Shown here in pieces: positions 60,243 to 64,000 of a stretch of DNA of 64,000 nt (position 1 is its first letter; every line of letters begins with the position of its first letter). A program made the translations under genes and the position numbers. The stretch comes from Oscillospiraceae bacterium (lineage in GTDB: Bacteria > Bacillota > Clostridia > Oscillospirales > UBA929). The stretch lies in contig JAVBTT010000006.1 in NCBI GenBank assembly GCA_031556035.1, positions 45,655 through 109,654 of the forward strand, read 5' to 3'. The notes below the pieces were generated by a model. It was not told the origin of the DNA. It made no database searches and saw only the letters and a program-made list of their open reading frames with translations.

Positions 60243-62837
60243 ATGCGCGACGTAAAAACCAGATTCCTGTCCCTGCTGCTGGCCGCGGCGCTGCTGCTGG
60301 CCGCGAACGGAGGGGCCCTCGCGGCGGGTCTGCCGGACACCCTCGGGCTCGACTGCGACGAGGCCGTATCCGGGCTCATTGAGGTCGGCGTGGTCGGAGG
60401 CTGGCCGGACGGTACATACAAGCCGGAGAGGCTTCTCACCCGCGCGGAGGCGGCGCAGATGATGTTCACGGCGTTTGGCCTGACTGCGGATCAGGCTTGG
60501 CCTGTTCCTGCGGATGTCAAGGGACACTGGGCCGAGTCCGCCGTCAGCGCCTGTCTGGCCAGCGGTGTATTTTCCGTTGACGCCGTCGGTCTGTTTGTCC
60601 CGGGCGGCGAGGTCTCTTACGGGGAGCTGTGCGGTTATCTGCTCGGGGGGCTGGTCATCGGCGGCGCCGCTGTCGACGTTCAGCGCGCGGTATCGCTGGC
60701 CGGGGAGCTCGGGATAGGCGCGGGCGTTCAGGCCACAGACGGGCCTGTCACCAGGGGCGTGGCCTCTATTATGCTCTACAACGCCATCCGCCTGCCCTTT
60801 GTCGACCGGGTTGGGGACGCTTTTATAAAGAGAACCGACGGCGTCACCCGGCAGGGCATACTCAGGGGCAAAATGGCCCTGGAGTCGGGAGACACGCTGC
60901 GCAGCTTCGCGCTGGCGGCCTACTATGAGGACAATATGATAAACGCCGCGAGCCTTGCGGCTGAGCCGGCAGCCTATCTGTGGAGCGCCTCCTACGGCGC
61001 CTTTGTTCCCGCAAGGGCTTCGCTTGAGGCGGTAAAATACAACTTCGTCATGGTGCGCGACACGGACGGCGACAAGCTTGGCGACGCGCTGTTCATCGTA
61101 AATCGGGCGGACAGTGAAAAATATTGGGATTCCAAGGCTGTGTACAAGGATCCGCGCGGCGCGGAGGACAGGGCCTATGAGGGAACCTGGTCCAACGGGT
61201 ACAACATCCCCTTCGGAGAGCGGCTTATCGGCTTCGCGGATGAGGAGGGATATCTCGACTTCTCAGGCGCGGCAATGGACTACCACAACATAGCCGCCCC
61301 CGGAGACATGTCGGCCTCAACCTATTATCCCACCTACGACTGGTACAATTCCACCGGAACCGATACCCTAACAATGCTGACCGGCTTTAAGACCATCCAG
61401 CAGACCACCGGCTGGGCCTGCGGGGTGACAAGCGCGCTGATGACGATGGACTGGTTCGGGCTGCGGGGCGATCTCAACGAGCTCGATCTCGGGGCGCTGC
61501 GCAACACGAAGGAGAAGTACGGCGCGTACCGCTGGGGCAGCTCCACCGACGTCAAGATGCTCCTCAACGTCTTCTCGGCCATCAATGAGATGGAGGGCAG
61601 GGAGGTCTGGCGCTGGGAATCCACCTACGACTTTGTGGACGCGGACGGAAACCTCAGCGACGAGTACCTCAGCACCGGGTGGATTCAGGGGATGCTTGCC
61701 CAGGGACGCCCGATAATGGTCGGCTGGAACAGCTTCGGCGGGCACTGGCAGGTCATCATCGGCTATGACGGCATGGGCACCGAGAACACCGCCGACGACG
61801 TGCTGATCCTCGCCGACCCCTACGACACCACCGACCACCGCAACGACGGTGTCAACATCCAGTCCTACCAGAGGCTGTACTACGACTGGACCCAGAACTT
61901 TGACCGCGATTTCGGCAGGGACAAGGGCTTCGGCATGACGGTGATGTTCGCCCCATATCCGGTTGTGCGGGACGAATACAAGCCCGTGTCCGGAAAGGGG
62001 CTGGCCGTTAAGAAGGGCGAGTTCAAAAACCGCACAGTCACCAGGGACGCGGCGTTGATCCCCTATGGCGACACCGCGAAGGATTTGGCGGCGTCGGACT
62101 ACAAATATGCCAAGGAGCAGGCCGGCTCAAACGGCATGGCCGGCCCCGCCAGCAGCGACTATATGCACATGTTCGAATGCGCCCTATCCCCCTACTACCC
62201 GGTATTCGACTTCTTCGGCGGCGAGGGGCTGAGCGGCAGCCTGACCCTTCTGAAGGGGTTCAAGACCTCCCAGCAGGCCTCCGAGTGGACATGCGGCCCC
62301 GCCTCCGCGCGCATGGTTCTCAACTGGTTCGGCGAAATGGGGAGCCGCTCCGAGTTCGCCCTCGCCCATCTGCGCGAGAACGACAAAGAGGGCGCGACCA
62401 CCCTGGACGGTATGGCTCAGATATTTGAGGGACTCAGCGCCGCCGGGCAGAGCTGGGGCCTGCTCACGACCGACGACATGGACGAGGACGGCAGTATCGG
62501 CCAGTACAACCTTTACGAAGGCGCATCCTACGGCGGGCTTATCCCGTACTGCCTGAAAAACGGCATTCCGATCATGATCGGCTGGAACGAGTGGGGCGGC
62601 CACTGGCAGGTGATCATTGGCTACGACGACATGGGCACCGAGGAGACACAGGACGATGTTCTGATCCTCGCCGACCCCTACGACACCACAGACCACGTCC
62701 AGGACGGCTATGTGGTAGAATCCTTTGAGCGGCTGGTGTACGGCTGGGGAGCCGCGTTCGACGAGCGCGGAAGCGAGGTGTTCGTCATCGCCGCGCCCCA
62801 GGCGAAGCTTGCCGCGGCGGGGCTGCTTAACAAGTAA
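60243..62837 (+). CDS. cell-surface protein: N-terminal SLH domain(s) plus two tandem papain-like (peptidase C39-like) cysteine-peptidase modules
   Basis: Signal peptide and SLH-like N-terminus. Two ~270 aa paralogous modules, each with a Q…W(A/T)CG nucleophile motif (TGWACGVTSALMTMDWFG; SEWTCGPASARMVLNWFG) and a GGHWQVIIGYD…ILADPYDTTDH His motif. Confidence 0.8.
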   Translation: MRDVKTRFLSLLLAAALLLAANGGALAAGLPDTLGLDCDEAVSGLIEVGVVGGWPDGTYKPERLLTRAEAAQMMFTAFGLTADQAWPVPADVKGHWAESAVSACLASGVFSVDAVGLFVPGGEVSYGELCGYLLGGLVIGGAAVDVQRAVSLAGELGIGAGVQATDGPVTRGVASIMLYNAIRLPFVDRVGDAFIKRTDGVTRQGILRGKMALESGDTLRSFALAAYYEDNMINAASLAAEPAAYLWSASYGAFVPARASLEAVKYNFVMVRDTDGDKLGDALFIVNRADSEKYWDSKAVYKDPRGAEDRAYEGTWSNGYNIPFGERLIGFADEEGYLDFSGAAMDYHNIAAPGDMSASTYYPTYDWYNSTGTDTLTMLTGFKTIQQTTGWACGVTSALMTMDWFGLRGDLNELDLGALRNTKEKYGAYRWGSSTDVKMLLNVFSAINEMEGREVWRWESTYDFVDADGNLSDEYLSTGWIQGMLAQGRPIMVGWNSFGGHWQVIIGYDGMGTENTADDVLILADPYDTTDHRNDGVNIQSYQRLYYDWTQNFDRDFGRDKGFGMTVMFAPYPVVRDEYKPVSGKGLAVKKGEFKNRTVTRDAALIPYGDTAKDLAASDYKYAKEQAGSNGMAGPASSDYMHMFECALSPYYPVFDFFGGEGLSGSLTLLKGFKTSQQASEWTCGPASARMVLNWFGEMGSRSEFALAHLRENDKEGATTLDGMAQIFEGLSAAGQSWGLLTTDDMDEDGSIGQYNLYEGASYGGLIPYCLKNGIPIMIGWNEWGGHWQVIIGYDDMGTEETQDDVLILADPYDTTDHVQDGYVVESFERLVYGWGAAFDERGSEVFVIAAPQAKLAAAGLLNK

Positions 62838-62852
62838 CAATTAAAGCATAAG

Positions 62853-62880
62853 AGACCCCCGCCTTCCGGCGGGGGTCTCA
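62853..62880 (+). terminator. perfect 12-bp-stem hairpin after the SLH peptidase gene
   Basis: GAGACCCCCGCC-TTCC-GGCGGGGGTCTC. Confidence 0.6.
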
Positions 62881-62881
62881 G

Positions 62882-63100
62882 GCTGTAGACAAAGTCCGCA
62901 CCCTCCGTCCTTTTTCACTTTTGAGCGTCGAGCCTGACGCCGGAGGCGGCAGGTTCTTGCTTGACCGCAAGAGTGAAAAAGCTTGATATTCTAGGTTTTC
63001 CCGAATTCACTTCGGGAAAACCGTTCTCTGTAAGCCGCCTCAGCGGCGACAGCTTGCCCTCGTTTTCGATGACAAACTGTAGTTTGTCATCGGTCTGACC
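62882..63100. repeat. A-family structured repeat, copy A5 (reverse orientation; chimeric between the long and A4-type variants)
   Basis: Contains the revcomp of the A core, including both the long stem-loop and the A4-type GGTTTTCCCGAATTCACTTCGGGAAAACC hairpin. Confidence 0.85.
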
Positions 63101-63109
63101 CCCGCCTCC

Positions 63110-64000
63110 CGGCCAATGTCATTAAGATAAGAGTCAGTTTTCCAAAACTGGCTCTTATCTTCTTTGTTTAGGCAAAATCTCCGTTAAGTTTGTCTTTAAC
63201 GAAGCAAAAAAGCACGGCTGTAGCAGACTTTATCTAATGTGTTATCAAACAAACTGCCTTGATTCGTGTATGGACGCAGCACAATCAGACAAGAGCATTC
63301 CCCTTGTCTGTTTATTACTCTATTATCTTGTTAGGCCGCCACGCGGTACAGGAAGCTGACAAAGGCTTTTGCCCTAAACTTCCGCCTATCTTGCCGCCCG
63401 GCCCTAATCGGTTCGGAGTTTTGATTTATCTTTTGCAGAAGTACGTCGCCGGTTAATTTGTGCGAGAAAAACTCTTTACACAACTGAATTGCTACGTTAA
63501 AGTTCACTTGATATGTATACTCATTCTTCGTTTTCTGCTTGATAATCACTTTTGTGCTTATGCGGCTACAGAAGTTATACATGATGAAATGGGCATAAAC
63601 CTCTTGCAGCACGGAGTCCTCGTTTTTCGCGTGAAGATGCACCAAGCCATTGGAATATTTCAGTTCGCGAAACGATGTCTCAATCCCCCAACGCGTGTGA
63701 TAAAGCTCTTTGATGTCCTCAGTCGAAAACTCTTCCGGCGTCAAAGACGTTATGATAGTTTCATAATTTTCAGGATTGTCCTCAATCCGCCAATATTTGT
63801 CGGGTTTGTTGTTTATCATGAAGCGGACAACACGCAGTCGCATTTGGTATGGTGAGGGAAAATCCCAACGTCCAATGGATGTTTTTGGACTGTTTGTTTT
63901 GCCCTGTTTGCTGCCGGTCTGAATGAATATTCGGTTGTTATCTTTGTCTTCTTTCTTCTGTGAGGTGGTGATGCACGGGTCGATAAAAGTATCCAATGTG
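63110..64000. mobile_element. partial IS element (IS4-family), AT-rich and compositionally foreign; continues beyond the window
   Basis: GC content drops sharply after 63110. Near-perfect 16-bp inverted repeat GATAAGAGTCAGTTTT/AAAACTGGCTCTTATC at 63125-63160. Transposase ORF on the minus strand. Confidence 0.55.
63331..64000 (-). CDS. IS4-family DDE transposase, C-terminal part (N-terminus beyond the window end)
   Basis: …YHTRWGIETSFRELKYSNGL… (YxxRWxIE hallmark of IS4-family transposases). Confidence 0.75.
   Translation of the reverse strand, partial: TLDTFIDPCITTSQKKEDKDNNRIFIQTGSKQGKTNSPKTSIGRWDFPSPYQMRLRVVRFMINNKPDKYWRIEDNPENYETIITSLTPEEFSTEDIKELYHTRWGIETSFRELKYSNGLVHLHAKNEDSVLQEVYAHFIMYNFCSRISTKVIIKQKTKNEYTYQVNFNVAIQLCKEFFSHKLTGDVLLQKINQNSEPIRAGRQDRRKFRAKAFVSFLYRVAA

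Overview
This 64 kb window is high-GC (~60-65%) chromosomal DNA, probably from a spore-forming Firmicute (Clostridia-like), and it spans the chromosomal replication origin. The origin block is dnaA-dnaN-recF-remB-like-gyrB on the minus strand, with a DnaA-box cluster and an AT-rich unwinding stretch in the dnaA-dnaN spacer (~29837-30120). Nearby are proS, gyrA (displaced to the other side of dnaA), rnhA, a nifS/nifU pair, rsmG-mnmG, rpsO-pnp, murF-ddl-pepF and fprA.

Accessory content includes a gerA-type spore germination receptor operon in A-C-B order and a DRTGG / HATPase kinase / [FeFe]-hydrogenase-like regulatory module. There is a QueG-like/nitroreductase in-frame fusion convergent with a small radical-SAM/SPASM gene, a methyl-accepting chemotaxis protein, an NfeD-flotillin pair, and three SLH-domain cell-surface proteins: a WG-repeat protein, a phosphodiester-glycosidase-like protein and a tandem papain-like peptidase protein. 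The first ~450 bp are AT-rich, and a partial IS4-family transposase sits at the right edge.

The most unusual feature is a set of interleaved, hairpin-rich intergenic repeat families, which I call A, B/C, D and E. They recur at 12 or more loci, almost always just past gene 3' ends. In three genes (gerAA, rnhA, mnmG) they are fused in-frame and supply the last codons and the stop, and between two loci the core of family A is inverted relative to its flanks. No CRISPR array, rRNA or tRNA gene was recognised. Because of the high GC content, many long ORFs in the track are antisense artefacts.
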